A stretch of 64,000 nt of DNA from a virus (lineage: Duplodnaviria; Heunggongvirae; Uroviricota; Caudoviricetes). Shown piece by piece: positions 19,260 to 30,353 of this stretch; the stretch's first letter is position 1, and each line of letters starts with the position of its first letter. A model generated the notes under the pieces. The model had not been told where the DNA came from, searched no databases, and saw only the letters and a program-made list of their open reading frames with translations. The position numbers and the translations under genes were made by a program. Where the stretch lies: positions 64,001 through 128,000 of IMG/VR virus record IMGVR_UViG_3300029288_000059; one strand, written 5' to 3'.

Positions 19260-19678
19260 TTAAATCTATTGGGGCATTATTTATCGCACAAGACACGGGG
19301 AGGATATTATTAGCCCTGCGTTCTTCACGACAAAGTCACCCATTAGAATTTAGTTTATTTGGTGGTAAAGTTAATAGTGATGAAACGTTAATCGAAGGAT
19401 TAGAACGTGAATTACATGAGGAATTAGGACAGTTACCCCATATAGTTAAAACTATACCAATTGATGTATTTAAGAGTAAGGATAATAACTTTGAGTATTA
19501 CTCAATGTTAGTCGTAACTCCATGTGAATTTATACCTATATTGAATAGTGAGAACTCAGGTTATGTATGGGTACTACCAGGAGAATGGCCTAAGATGATT
19601 CATCCTGGTGCAAAATCTATGTTATTCAATCAATCATTTATTAGACAGATAAAGAAAATTATTAGTTCCCAAAAATAA
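19256..19678 (+). CDS. NUDIX hydrolase
   Basis: GGKVNSDETLIEGLERELHEELG Nudix box. Confidence 0.9.
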   Translation: MIKSIGALFIAQDTGRILLALRSSRQSHPLEFSLFGGKVNSDETLIEGLERELHEELGQLPHIVKTIPIDVFKSKDNNFEYYSMLVVTPCEFIPILNSENSGYVWVLPGEWPKMIHPGAKSMLFNQSFIRQIKKIISSQK

Positions 19679-19913
19679 GGGCATATACTAATGAATTATC
19701 AGTTGTATCACCCGCTTTAATAGCTTGCCAAGATGTACCATTCGATACTTCTAATAATCCACTTGTGGTATTCAATCTAACAACACCTTTATTACTTATC
19801 GGTGATATATTAGTACCATCACCAATTAGTACACCACCAGTACCACCAACTGAGATAATACCATCATCATTTGTTTCTATTACATTTTTTTTATGGTCTG
19901 TATTAATTGACAT
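19662..19913 (-). CDS. virion structural protein
   Basis: GVVRLNTTSGLLEV..GTSW, ALIFG C-terminus typical of phage tail proteins. Confidence 0.6.
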   Translation of the reverse strand: MSINTDHKKNVIETNDDGIISVGGTGGVLIGDGTNISPISNKGVVRLNTTSGLLEVSNGTSWQAIKAGDTTDNSLVYALIFGN

Positions 19914-19925
19914 TTTAAATTACTC

Positions 19926-20678
19926 CTAGAGAACTAATGTTTTAGTCATCATTTTCCAATTTACTTGATTGGTACCACTAACACCATATAATGTGAATCT
20001 TAAATAATTATTATATGCTGTTACAGTCACAGACCAATTTTCTGCATTACCTGATGAACGACCTAATAGTTGTATTGTTGGATTACCAATAATTGAAACA
20101 ACCCCCGCCACGTTAATGAATAATCCACTTATCTCCCAAGCTGCTACATCTGTTAATGTAACAATGTCTTTCGCTATAATAGAGGTATTAAATTTATGTG
20201 TACAACCCAATGTGGATGATAAATCTTTAATGACTGTTGTGCTACCAGTTATTGTTGATGCTGTATCCGAAATGATACCTTCCCCAGCACTAGGCCCAAT
20301 AGCAATCCAGTTTTCATTATAGTAGATATATAATGTTGTTGATACCGTATCAAAATATAAATCTGTATCATGTGCGGGTGATGGTCTAGTTGTATATAGG
20401 AATGTAATAGTCCTAAATTTATCAGTACCTGTTTCAGTAATACATATTTTAGGTTTAAGGGTAGAAGTATCAAACCATAGCTGACCAATTATTGGGTTGG
20501 CTGGTTCTGAATCAGATGCAAAATGTTCCATTAAATGAAGAAAGTTTTCATTTTGTACAGTACCAATACCAACAGTATCTTGTCCTATTAAGGATATAGA
20601 ACGGTTAGTATTAACTGTTTTTGGTGGTACAGTAGCTTCTAAATTACCATTAGTTCTTTTTATACTATATGTAGTCAT
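19926..20678 (-). CDS. baseplate/tail structural protein
   Basis: NENFLHLMEHFA..P.NPIIGQLWFD motif of jumbo-phage baseplate/tail proteins. Confidence 0.7.
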   Translation of the reverse strand: MTTYSIKRTNGNLEATVPPKTVNTNRSISLIGQDTVGIGTVQNENFLHLMEHFASDSEPANPIIGQLWFDTSTLKPKICITETGTDKFRTITFLYTTRPSPAHDTDLYFDTVSTTLYIYYNENWIAIGPSAGEGIISDTASTITGSTTVIKDLSSTLGCTHKFNTSIIAKDIVTLTDVAAWEISGLFINVAGVVSIIGNPTIQLLGRSSGNAENWSVTVTAYNNYLRFTLYGVSGTNQVNWKMMTKTLVL

Positions 20679-20687
20679 CTGTAACCC

Positions 20688-21272
20688 CTATACCATTTGA
20701 ATTCTTATTTTATAGATAAACTTAAATCTTCTATTTAATGATTTTGTTAGTGGTGAAAATATGGCATGAGTAAGTAAATTACCATCATAGTCTTTTAATC
20801 CAATCTCATCAAACGTATAACTACCTTCAGTAGTTGAAGTAGTGTCTGTTAAGTTTTGACCAGTTGGCTCACCATAATCTAATGTACAAGTGACTGTTAA
20901 ATCAGAATATAAATTACCCGTAGTATGACTAACAGTCATAAAATTATTAGTAGGGTCAGTATTGGAAGTATTTAAATTATCAACTATTTTATAATATGTT
21001 GTATTATATAAATCCGCACCTTGTCCATCAACATTAGGTGTTTGATAACTAACTTCACCTAGTGCATTAACAACACTACCACCATTACCTAAGTATAACC
21101 AATTAATTGGACCCGTTGGTTTATTACCTAACGATTTTACAATTGCGTAACTTAGATTTTCAAAGTGAATATCATTATGAGTTTCAAACACAGTTGATAA
21201 GACATTGTCATTACTGTCAACATCTAATATCGTGATAAACCCTTGTGCTTTAACTTGTGCTACTTCTAACAT
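20688..21272 (-). CDS. baseplate-associated structural protein
   Basis: LDYGEP..FDEIGL..LLTH.IFSP..KSLNR motif. Confidence 0.7.
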   Translation of the reverse strand: MLEVAQVKAQGFITILDVDSNDNVLSTVFETHNDIHFENLSYAIVKSLGNKPTGPINWLYLGNGGSVVNALGEVSYQTPNVDGQGADLYNTTYYKIVDNLNTSNTDPTNNFMTVSHTTGNLYSDLTVTCTLDYGEPTGQNLTDTTSTTEGSYTFDEIGLKDYDGNLLTHAIFSPLTKSLNRRFKFIYKIRIQMV

Positions 21273-21328
21273 CTAATATAACCCTCATTATTTGTTATAT
21301 TTATAAAAATAGTGATAGGTTAAAATAA

Positions 21329-24300
21329 TCAATTTATAATCCTTAATAGTCCACCCACGTTAGGCGTGAATGTGAGCTTTATAGCTTTATTACTATAAAT
21401 GTAATCAACACCTTTAGTTAGACGTTTAATCGTACTACCTTGTATAACCATTCCAGTAGATTTAGTTGTTAGTTCCACATCTACATCATTCGTATAAATG
21501 TCTTTTAATACGTCATATACATTAGTATACGTATCGACTTTTTTAAAGAAGTATTTAATTTCATTTAGCCATACTTCCCCATGTTTAGTTGGTAAAATAC
21601 CATTAATCGTTACTTTGCTATCGTTGTAAATGAAAACACTATTACCCGATGTATTAGATAGTCCTAATATGGATAAATTGTCAAGCGAAGTAAGATTGTT
21701 AATCTCTATACCACTACCAGCAGTATTGATAATTTGTAATTTATTATTTTTAACTTGGGCCATTATGTATTGAATATCTGCATTATTAATATCATTAACA
21801 ATATCTAACGTTGTTGTACCAGTAAAGATAACATCCGTCCCATTGATTGATATACCATTATAACCATCCACCGTAACAGAACTATTATTACCTAGTATTG
21901 TAGCACCAAATAAGTCTTGTAATGGATAACCTAGTGCATTACCTAATACTAATGATAATCCATTTTTAACAGAGAATCTTAACGTGTGATATGATGTTGT
22001 ATAATTAGTTGTAATGGTAACAATTTCGGAACTAACACCATATTTGATAGCCGTTAAGTTCGTATTAATTGTAGTTACTAAATCTTCCCAATCAATAGAA
22101 GTGATTATAATAGGAAACGTTTCACCCTCAATGGTAAAATTAATAATATCACCAATAGTTAATTCCCCTATGTAATTATTACCATTGTCTATTATCGTAT
22201 TATCTGGCAAATTAAGAACGGATGAATCATTAACGTTTATAGTGGTATCGTTAGACGTAAGGTCACTATATAACTTGGTAGCGGGGATATAATCAACTCT
22301 TATATCATCTATATTGTGAATAGTTCCTCTTATATGATACCATGTATCAAAATTAGAATCTAAGTTATGGGTAATCTTATTAACTTTGGGTAATACATAG
22401 GGAGTTTTGTATTTGTTATGATAATCAATAACCGTCTCACCACTATAATGAGTAACAGAACTATCCATTTCTAAATCAGATATTGTATTGGTTGTATAGT
22501 CTATACTCCAAAACTTAATAATGTCATTATTGATTAATATCTGTCCAGGAATTGAGTTTTTAGGATTACGATGTTTATACGGTGGGGTTATAACAGTCAC
22601 ATCACTTAATATGATTGAATTACTATTAGGTGTTAAGTCATTCGCTAATGTAGTAATATGTTTATCATTAATAGTATGTTGAACCCATTCATTACCTTGT
22701 TTTTTAATAATAAAAGTAGATGGTTCACTACCCTTAGTTTCTAATTCATAAATTACTTGAACGACTCGTTCATCTTCATTTGTAGGTAGTATCAATTTAT
22801 CATCATTAATAAAGTAATCAACCCCTTTATGTTGAAACAAACCATCAATGAACACACCTAATAATTTATCATCCGTTATTGGAGTTGATAGGGGTATTGT
22901 ACTTTCAACAGTATTAAAAACTTCAGTTATCAACTTAGTCGAAATTTGATTCTTATATGTATAGATATCTACATTTGAACTTGTAGCTAATGTTAAGATA
23001 TTGTTCGTAATATAATAATCGTTTGTTAAGTTATGCGTATATATATCAATAACTGTTCCTAATACCATAGTACCTAAAAAGGTAATAGTATTATCAATCA
23101 TCGAATATTGAGTAGTAGGAGTACCATCTACATAGACAGTATAGTCACCTACATAATTAGATGGTGCAAATGTCTTATATGATACGGTTGCATCATTAAC
23201 AACATATCTTTTATGATATTGTGGTGTTAATAGTTTCCCTGTTGTATCAAATACGTGTATGGCTTGATAATTCATTGGTACAGTAAGGTTATAGTGTTGT
23301 AGTGTAATTGTACTAGTATTAGATGAGTTCTGTTTGTAGACCCTATTAAAAACGTCCGATACAGAAGAATATACGGTTATAATAACAGTACTATTTGTTG
23401 GTTGAGTGGATAAGGTAATTGTTTTATCATTTAATGTAAAATCTACATAGTTACCATCAACGGTTATTACAATGTAACTAACATCGGTTACGATAGATTC
23501 AATTATATGTGAGATATCAGAATTGTTATATTTAATGATTCTTTCTTCTACTCGTCCACCACCATCTTTAAAGGTAATAATGTCTACATAGTTAGATGGG
23601 ATTATGTTGATGGTTGGATTTGTTATATGTGTATCAGTTTTAATATCCGCCCAATTCAAAGTATAGTTATTAGTATATAATCTATCATTAAATACCCAAA
23701 TAGATTCATTTGATTGTGGTAATTGGGGTAGTTCAAGTTGATTGTTAAATACTTCATTATTATTAATATGTAATTGAGATATGGTAGTGGCAATATAATC
23801 AGTTGTACCCGTAAAGTTAGTATCATACGGCATACTATCAAATGGAGTATCATCATATCCACTTGTTATATTATAGATATTCTTATCATTCGTTTCTACG
23901 GTGATTTGTATATCTTCATAGGTTAAGACTCTTGATAACTCTTCAGGTCTGTTTCTCTCCCATTTTGGGCGGAGCAATCCATCACCATTGAATATATAAT
24001 CCATCTCTGATATATCTTGAAACCCAGTAGAAGAATATATTTTATCATATATGTAATTAAAATCTAATACTGCTATAAAGACTATACTATTTTCTAATGG
24101 TGCAGAAGTTAGAACAACACAGTTATTGATGACTGTGAAGTCGGTAATGTTTGTTCTTATATCATTATTAGTGATATAAACTTCTACTTTGTTAGTATGA
24201 TAATTCGTTGTAGGTAATTCGAATATAGTTGAACCGATTGATTTAATAGCACGAACGGTTGTATCATCTTCTTGTCCGAGTTCAAAAGGTGCCACATTAC

Positions 24301-24907
24301 CATCAGTTATATAATAATATGCTTCGAATGTTGGTCCATCATATCCTTTAGAGAAGTAATAGTCATTATCATAACCAATATTAGTCGAATCAAAATCTGC
24401 ACCATTTATAGTGTAAGATTTAAAATCACAACCGAGTATCTCACTAATGTTTAATTGATACGCGGAACTAGAATCATAATAAGTATAAATTCTATTAGCG
24501 GCATTATTCATATTGGTAGTTATATCATTAACTGTTGTATCATAGTTAATAGAATCATATCCACCACAATCATACCCACCCAATTCAGGAGTAATTGATA
24601 TACGGTCAAAGTTAATCGTTACTTCTTGAGATAACGTATCAGTAGCTTCAATATTACCTATATCATCAGTCGTATTATATTCTTCAGTTAGTACTGATAT
24701 TTTTGAATGGTATGGTTTAGTTTCATTAATAAAGTCACGGAAGTATGCATTCTTGTCTGTAGTATCTAATAATGCATTTTGACCTAATACTTGTGATAAG
24801 CCAGATATATCAATAATGGACGTTTTAAAAGCCCAATCAACATTCTCTTGTTCAGAAAATATCTGATGTAACAATGTAAAGAAGACTTTGTTTTGTGCTT
24901 TAGTCAT
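21329..24907 (-). CDS. large baseplate structural protein
   Basis: VDWAFKTS, INETKPYHSKI, GYD repeats; late promoter-like TAAATA upstream. Confidence 0.7.
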   Translation of the reverse strand: MTKAQNKVFFTLLHQIFSEQENVDWAFKTSIIDISGLSQVLGQNALLDTTDKNAYFRDFINETKPYHSKISVLTEEYNTTDDIGNIEATDTLSQEVTINFDRISITPELGGYDCGGYDSINYDTTVNDITTNMNNAANRIYTYYDSSSAYQLNISEILGCDFKSYTINGADFDSTNIGYDNDYYFSKGYDGPTFEAYYYITDGNVAPFELGQEDDTTVRAIKSIGSTIFELPTTNYHTNKVEVYITNNDIRTNITDFTVINNCVVLTSAPLENSIVFIAVLDFNYIYDKIYSSTGFQDISEMDYIFNGDGLLRPKWERNRPEELSRVLTYEDIQITVETNDKNIYNITSGYDDTPFDSMPYDTNFTGTTDYIATTISQLHINNNEVFNNQLELPQLPQSNESIWVFNDRLYTNNYTLNWADIKTDTHITNPTINIIPSNYVDIITFKDGGGRVEERIIKYNNSDISHIIESIVTDVSYIVITVDGNYVDFTLNDKTITLSTQPTNSTVIITVYSSVSDVFNRVYKQNSSNTSTITLQHYNLTVPMNYQAIHVFDTTGKLLTPQYHKRYVVNDATVSYKTFAPSNYVGDYTVYVDGTPTTQYSMIDNTITFLGTMVLGTVIDIYTHNLTNDYYITNNILTLATSSNVDIYTYKNQISTKLITEVFNTVESTIPLSTPITDDKLLGVFIDGLFQHKGVDYFINDDKLILPTNEDERVVQVIYELETKGSEPSTFIIKKQGNEWVQHTINDKHITTLANDLTPNSNSIILSDVTVITPPYKHRNPKNSIPGQILINNDIIKFWSIDYTTNTISDLEMDSSVTHYSGETVIDYHNKYKTPYVLPKVNKITHNLDSNFDTWYHIRGTIHNIDDIRVDYIPATKLYSDLTSNDTTINVNDSSVLNLPDNTIIDNGNNYIGELTIGDIINFTIEGETFPIIITSIDWEDLVTTINTNLTAIKYGVSSEIVTITTNYTTSYHTLRFSVKNGLSLVLGNALGYPLQDLFGATILGNNSSVTVDGYNGISINGTDVIFTGTTTLDIVNDINNADIQYIMAQVKNNKLQIINTAGSGIEINNLTSLDNLSILGLSNTSGNSVFIYNDSKVTINGILPTKHGEVWLNEIKYFFKKVDTYTNVYDVLKDIYTNDVDVELTTKSTGMVIQGSTIKRLTKGVDYIYSNKAIKLTFTPNVGGLLRIIN

Positions 24908-24998
24908 TACTGTTAATACCCTTCATCTGTTAATACTATTTATTAAGACGATAACTATTATAAATAATGTAGTGATTCATCAATCGGAGTAATATAAT

Positions 24999-25820
24999 AT
25001 GTCACATGGTTTAAGCAAGAAATGGTTTGATAATACTACCAATACCGGGAAACAATTTATCATTCATGGTAATTTAAGTGGTACTGTTGGTAGTGGTTAT
25101 ATCAATAAGCAAGTTGGTTCACGCCGTTATGATTCAACTATTGGTTCTGATACAGGTAGACTTGCATTGGTTGGTAATGAAACTCCAGCATTAAACGAAG
25201 GATTTATTAAGGTATATCCTTTCGGTGCTGGTAATGTTGAAGTTGGACATGGTGCTAATTTAACAGCTGTTATGGAACTTGATACGGCTACAATTAATGT
25301 AGGTGGTAGTGGTTATGAAGTAGGTGATACTATTTCTGTTGGTAATGGTACAGTTATTACCGTTTCTACTGTTGATGGTAGTGGTGTAATTTTAACTTTC
25401 GCATTAACCAATAGAGGTTCATTTACTACTATTTCAAGTTATACTGGTGTTGCAACTAGTGCAGTAAGTAGTGATGGTATTGATTCAACTTTTAATCTTA
25501 CATTTAGATTAAAAGATGTTACTATCGTTAGTGGTGGTGTTAGTTACGATGTAGCACCAACAGTAACCATTGATGGTAATGCAACTATCACAGTTACAAG
25601 AACTAATGGTGTTATTACTAGTAAAACAGTTACTGCTGTTGGTAGTGGTTATACTTCAATTCCTGTGATTCATGTAACTGCAAATACCGAAGGTGCCGTA
25701 TACGAATTAGCACACAAGATTAATCGTCATGTAGTTGTTACATTTAGTGGTAATACATATAAATGGAATAAAGATATCGATGCAAGTGTTGATGGTGAAG
25801 CAGATATCGAATCTGCTTAG
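24999..25820 (+). CDS. virion structural protein
   Basis: GGSGY/VGSGY beta repeats; late promoter. Confidence 0.65.
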   Translation: MSHGLSKKWFDNTTNTGKQFIIHGNLSGTVGSGYINKQVGSRRYDSTIGSDTGRLALVGNETPALNEGFIKVYPFGAGNVEVGHGANLTAVMELDTATINVGGSGYEVGDTISVGNGTVITVSTVDGSGVILTFALTNRGSFTTISSYTGVATSAVSSDGIDSTFNLTFRLKDVTIVSGGVSYDVAPTVTIDGNATITVTRTNGVITSKTVTAVGSGYTSIPVIHVTANTEGAVYELAHKINRHVVVTFSGNTYKWNKDIDASVDGEADIESA

Positions 25821-25839
25821 TTTATAATACAATATAGTT

Positions 25840-25876
25840 AAAAAATAGTGGGAATTAAAAACTCCCACTATTTTTT
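25840..25876. terminator. bidirectional intrinsic terminator
   Basis: AAAAATAGTGGGA-loop-TCCCACTATTTTTT between convergent genes. Confidence 0.8.
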
Positions 25877-25878
25877 AT

Positions 25879-26328
25879 TCACTTATAATTCTTCCCATCA
25901 GGGGTTGTAACTTTAACGTAGGATACATAGTCGTCAAACGAGCGACAATAGTGATTTTTATTAGCTGTTTCGATGTCAATTTCATCATACTCAACCGATA
26001 CATTCACCAATTCCCACGAATCATCTTTTGTTTTAGCCCAATATAATCCAATTTCGAGATTATATTTAGATAATAATTTGTTATCTTCAGTATCTGAAAT
26101 ACAACGAAGTAAACGGTCGTTTAATTCATCAGACAATAGATTTAGACTGTTAAAGTAATCATGGTTGATATAAATTTCGTCAATATTATCACGTTCTTCC
26201 CGTTTATGAATCGCATTAATAACATATTCTTCACCATACAACTTACATAACTCATTGTATGCTCTTTTATGGGTAACGCCACAGCTATAACTAATATCAT
26301 TCCATAATTGTTTTTCTGTTTTACTCAT
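25879..26328 (-). CDS. hypothetical protein
   Basis: 149-aa ORF with GGGAG RBS. Confidence 0.55.
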   Translation of the reverse strand: MSKTEKQLWNDISYSCGVTHKRAYNELCKLYGEEYVINAIHKREERDNIDEIYINHDYFNSLNLLSDELNDRLLRCISDTEDNKLLSKYNLEIGLYWAKTKDDSWELVNVSVEYDEIDIETANKNHYCRSFDDYVSYVKVTTPDGKNYK

Positions 26329-26541
26329 CAGTTTAATACTCCCGAAATAATTAAATGAAGTAGAGGGACGGTAGCATAATCATTAACCCATGATGATAAA
26401 CGTATATCATCATTATGTTTGATTCTTAATGCCATTGTTGTTCTCCTCATTAATTGTTTATAATTTAATAATAACATATTACGATATAATGTCAATATCC
26501 ATTTTTAATAAATATAGTTAATAGTGATAAGGAAGATTAGT

Positions 26542-27777
26542 ATGGTAAACATCTTAAAATTATTAAACGAATATAGGGTCTATAACGACAATACTTTAAG
26601 TGACTACTTAAAGCAATACATTCAAAATCCTTATCTTTATAAGTTATTTTATAAAGAAATATCTAATAATCCAAAATATATGTCCAAAATAACATCTAAA
26701 CTTACTAATGAATGGGATATTAAAGACAAAGAAAATGATACATTACGCGAATTTGAACCAAATGACGACTTAACTAACCAACTAATACATATACGTGATT
26801 GGATTACTCGCAGTAATCCAAATCCAGCCACATTTAACACTATTAAAAATATTGATATGGCTTTTAATATAGCAGAAACTTGGTTTAATAAACAAAAAGT
26901 AACAAATACACAAGATGGTGTTACTGGTACTAAATTAATACATACATATAGTGATGGTTATAAGATATTACAACTACTTACTCCATTAGCACTTGATTAC
27001 GAATCACAACACATGGGGCATTGTGTGGGTAAAGGCGGTTATGATACGAATGTTACTAGTGGAAAAACTATAATTTACTCACTAAGGGATACTAAAAATA
27101 TACCCCATGCTACATTAGAAGTAACTGATAATATACTCGAACAGATAAAGGGTAAGCAAAATCAACCAGTTGTTGAGAAATATCGCGACTATATAGCTAC
27201 TTTTATTAATCTTAATAACTTTAAAGATGTTAATGATATTAAGAGTATTGGTATGATTAAATTAGATAACAAAATATATACACTAAAACAATTATACGAA
27301 ATGAAGGATATTGTTGTTAAAGGAGATGTAAATTTAAGTAGTATGGGATTAACCAAGTTACCTCACTTCAAAAGCATAGGTGGTTATTTAGATTGTAGAG
27401 GTAACCAATTAACAAGTTTAGAAGGTTGTCCTACTAGTATAGGTGGTTATTTAAATTGTTATCATAACCAATTAACTAGTTTGAAGGGTTGTGCTACTTA
27501 TATAGGTGGTAGTTTAAATTGTAGTGGTAACCAATTAACAAGTTTAGAGGGTTGTCCAATTAGTATAGGTGGTGTTTTTAATTGTATGCATAATGCATTA
27601 ACTAGCTTACGATATGGTCCTAAGTATGTAGGTGGTGATTTATGGTGTAACGATAACAAATTAACCAGTTTAAAATATTGTGCTACTAGTATAGGTGGTG
27701 GGTTATATTGTTATGATAACAAAGTAGAATTATCGCGTCCTAAGGGTATTAAGATAGGTGATGGATTTAGTAATTAA
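26542..27777 (+). CDS. PcfJ-like domain plus C-terminal 21-aa LRR protein with MVNILKLLNE leader
   Basis: ESQHMGHCVG..IYSLRD..PHATLEV..QIKGKQN (PcfJ-like); six xLxCxxN LRR units. Confidence 0.8.
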   Translation: MVNILKLLNEYRVYNDNTLSDYLKQYIQNPYLYKLFYKEISNNPKYMSKITSKLTNEWDIKDKENDTLREFEPNDDLTNQLIHIRDWITRSNPNPATFNTIKNIDMAFNIAETWFNKQKVTNTQDGVTGTKLIHTYSDGYKILQLLTPLALDYESQHMGHCVGKGGYDTNVTSGKTIIYSLRDTKNIPHATLEVTDNILEQIKGKQNQPVVEKYRDYIATFINLNNFKDVNDIKSIGMIKLDNKIYTLKQLYEMKDIVVKGDVNLSSMGLTKLPHFKSIGGYLDCRGNQLTSLEGCPTSIGGYLNCYHNQLTSLKGCATYIGGSLNCSGNQLTSLEGCPISIGGVFNCMHNALTSLRYGPKYVGGDLWCNDNKLTSLKYCATSIGGGLYCYDNKVELSRPKGIKIGDGFSN

Positions 27778-27842
27778 TAACTATTGGTGGTGATTTTATA
27801 AATTAAATAAAAGAATACATAAAAATAACTTAGGGGATTGAT

Positions 27843-28907
27843 ATGGTTCATCATTATTTTGCTAGTAAGAAAAACGGAGATTATAATTTCATTGATAAAT
27901 CAATATTATCATGGATGGAAATGGGGGGTGCTTGTTTGCATATATATAAGTATCTTGGACCAAAGGAAACTACGTCTACCGATTTAACATTGTCTAATAC
28001 GTTAAATGAATCAAGTATTGGTGATACAGTATTAATGACTAATGCTACTAGAAGATATTCAACTGATTTTTATGAAATATTCGGCCTTACTACATTATCT
28101 GATGTTAAATTTGATTTATCACAGTTTGGTTTTTCATTATCAACAACCGATACTTTATATTTTACATTCCATATAAACGATTCAGTTAAACGTATTGGTA
28201 GAAAATTAATGTGTGGTGATATTATTGAATGTACATTTATGCGTGATGCCGATATATTAGACGAAGATAAAGCAGCTATTAATAGATTTTATGTAATACA
28301 AGATGTAGATAGAGATGCAGCTGGATACTCAGCAACATGGAAACCACACTTATTAAAATGTCGTGCAACCGTATTAACAGATAGTCCTGAATTTTCTGAT
28401 ATATTAGGTAGTGTAGATGACCCTAATTCATTAAAATCAAACTTATCAACATATAAACAAGAAATGTCAATTATGGATACTTTATTGGCACAAGCAGATA
28501 TAGAAGTACCTTATAATGGATTTAGTGAACATCAGTTCTGGGTAGACCCTAGTGTTGAAACTAACGCATTAGATAAATGTGAATGTACGAGTGCGGATAC
28601 TGGTGTTGATGGGATACCGATTAATATGAATCCAAATGATGTAGAACGAGGTACTTACTTCCCACCATCCCCAACCGATAATATGTATTATCTAAGAACC
28701 GATTATCCGGAACCAAGATTGTTTAAATATTATAAGAATCGCTGGAGATTGATTGAAGTTAATACTAAGAAAGCATGGACTCCAGGACCACAACCAATCG
28801 TAGACTTAATTAATAATACAACAACGTTTACAGATGAAGAGAAGAATCTTGTTAAAAGCAGACAAGCATTATCACAAGTTGTTAAACCAAGAGATGAATT
28901 ATATTAA
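27843..28907 (+). CDS. neck/head-completion protein (gp14-like)
   Basis: FDLSQFG, GRKLMCGDIIE, GYSATWKPHL motifs of jumbo-phage neck proteins. Confidence 0.7.
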   Translation: MVHHYFASKKNGDYNFIDKSILSWMEMGGACLHIYKYLGPKETTSTDLTLSNTLNESSIGDTVLMTNATRRYSTDFYEIFGLTTLSDVKFDLSQFGFSLSTTDTLYFTFHINDSVKRIGRKLMCGDIIECTFMRDADILDEDKAAINRFYVIQDVDRDAAGYSATWKPHLLKCRATVLTDSPEFSDILGSVDDPNSLKSNLSTYKQEMSIMDTLLAQADIEVPYNGFSEHQFWVDPSVETNALDKCECTSADTGVDGIPINMNPNDVERGTYFPPSPTDNMYYLRTDYPEPRLFKYYKNRWRLIEVNTKKAWTPGPQPIVDLINNTTTFTDEEKNLVKSRQALSQVVKPRDELY

Positions 28908-30115
28908 TTATTCTTTCTATATTGTGTAATAAGTTGTTTAACTTTATGTCCTTCATCGGTAAAGATACCTTCAGCGACAAGTATGTTTTGATATAAGGTA
29001 GTATTAATTAAGTTATGTTCTTCACATAGTAATTTTAAGAACCCAATAAATTCCATTGAGTATTTTATTAGGTTATATGTAATAGTATCTTCCCCACCTA
29101 AATACTCAATAACTTGATGTTCCTCAAAATTATTACTAGTGCCACGACCAGAAGAATTAACTTCAATCGTTTTATTATTATATGTATATTGTCCTCTTGG
29201 AACTTCGGGTAAGTAAAAACCATTAGTAATAGGGGTGAAGTTTTTCACTTGTTGGCGTTTATTGATTTGTTTTGGAATTGGACAACTCGTACAGTAAGTC
29301 ACAACATCACTCATTTGAGAATTGTAAGGTCGTCCCAATCTACCTAACTTTTGTAACAATAATTCATCTGTATTCCACATAGAACGTTCAATGAACAAAT
29401 TTGAACACGTGAAATTAACTCCTTGTGCCAATAAGTTAGTAGCACATATCGTAGTTAGTTGCCCCGTTTTAAATTTATATTGAGTAATTAAACGTTTACT
29501 AGGCGTATTAAGTGAGGTCAAACTTGCTGCTTTAACACCGTTAGATTGAAGTTCATCCGCATAATTGATTGCTTCATTAATACTTCCACAGAAAAAGATG
29601 GTAGGAATACCCGACATCATTCTTTGTTCAAATTCAGTCCAACCAATTTCGACTTTTGGGGGTGCTTCAAGTGTAGGCATATAAGTTGTCTTGTAATGAG
29701 GAAAGTCTTTCTTACGTAGACTATTAGTAGCCGTCAATAAGTAGATTTCTTTTTGTTGCTCTTTTGCTACATCTAATAATTTACTTAAATTAGCACCACG
29801 GTCTTCATCACAAAGAAAATGTGCCTCATCAATAATTAACGCTGAATAATTTTTAATTTGTTCAACGTTTAGTGATTCATAAACCGCAAATAAGTTACCA
29901 TATTGTTTGTTAATAATTTTAACTTCACCTGTTGATAAGTCATCTTCAGGATGACTATATTCAATAAATGTTTCATACACCAATTGACGACATGGTGCGA
30001 TATATACAAACGATGTATTATCGTTTTGTAGTTTCTTAATGGTAGAGTAGGTTTTACCACAACCCGTCTCACCAGTTATAATATTTAGTTTGAAAACAGT
30101 ACCCATCGTTGACAT
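28904..30115 (-). CDS. SF2 DEAH helicase (Suv3/Ski2-like)
   Basis: GETGCGKT, YIAPCRQL, TGE, DEAH..D..RG, TAT, QKLGRLGR. Confidence 0.85.
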   Translation of the reverse strand: MSTMGTVFKLNIITGETGCGKTYSTIKKLQNDNTSFVYIAPCRQLVYETFIEYSHPEDDLSTGEVKIINKQYGNLFAVYESLNVEQIKNYSALIIDEAHFLCDEDRGANLSKLLDVAKEQQKEIYLLTATNSLRKKDFPHYKTTYMPTLEAPPKVEIGWTEFEQRMMSGIPTIFFCGSINEAINYADELQSNGVKAASLTSLNTPSKRLITQYKFKTGQLTTICATNLLAQGVNFTCSNLFIERSMWNTDELLLQKLGRLGRPYNSQMSDVVTYCTSCPIPKQINKRQQVKNFTPITNGFYLPEVPRGQYTYNNKTIEVNSSGRGTSNNFEEHQVIEYLGGEDTITYNLIKYSMEFIGFLKLLCEEHNLINTTLYQNILVAEGIFTDEGHKVKQLITQYRKNN

Positions 30116-30121
30116 CCTATA

Positions 30122-30256
30122 TTAAGAATTTATAATTTTATTAGCTAAATCTGTTGATTCACTAAAGATTTTCTTAAATGACTCATATTTTCTTTTAATG
30201 CGTTCAGCTTTTCGTTGTGCCACACGTTCTTTATTAATAATATGATTCTTTAGACG
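30122..30256 (-). pseudogene. 3' part of the gene interrupted by element 3
   Basis: joining the flanks at TGT gives an in-frame ...KKKNT-RLKNHIINKERVAQRK...KIINS*. Confidence 0.7.
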
Positions 30257-30353
30257 TGTTAATTAAGTTCATTTAAAATGACATATTTTAATACATAAAT
30301 CAACATATTTTGTAAAATGTTATAAATAATGTATATAACATATAGGTGATAAA

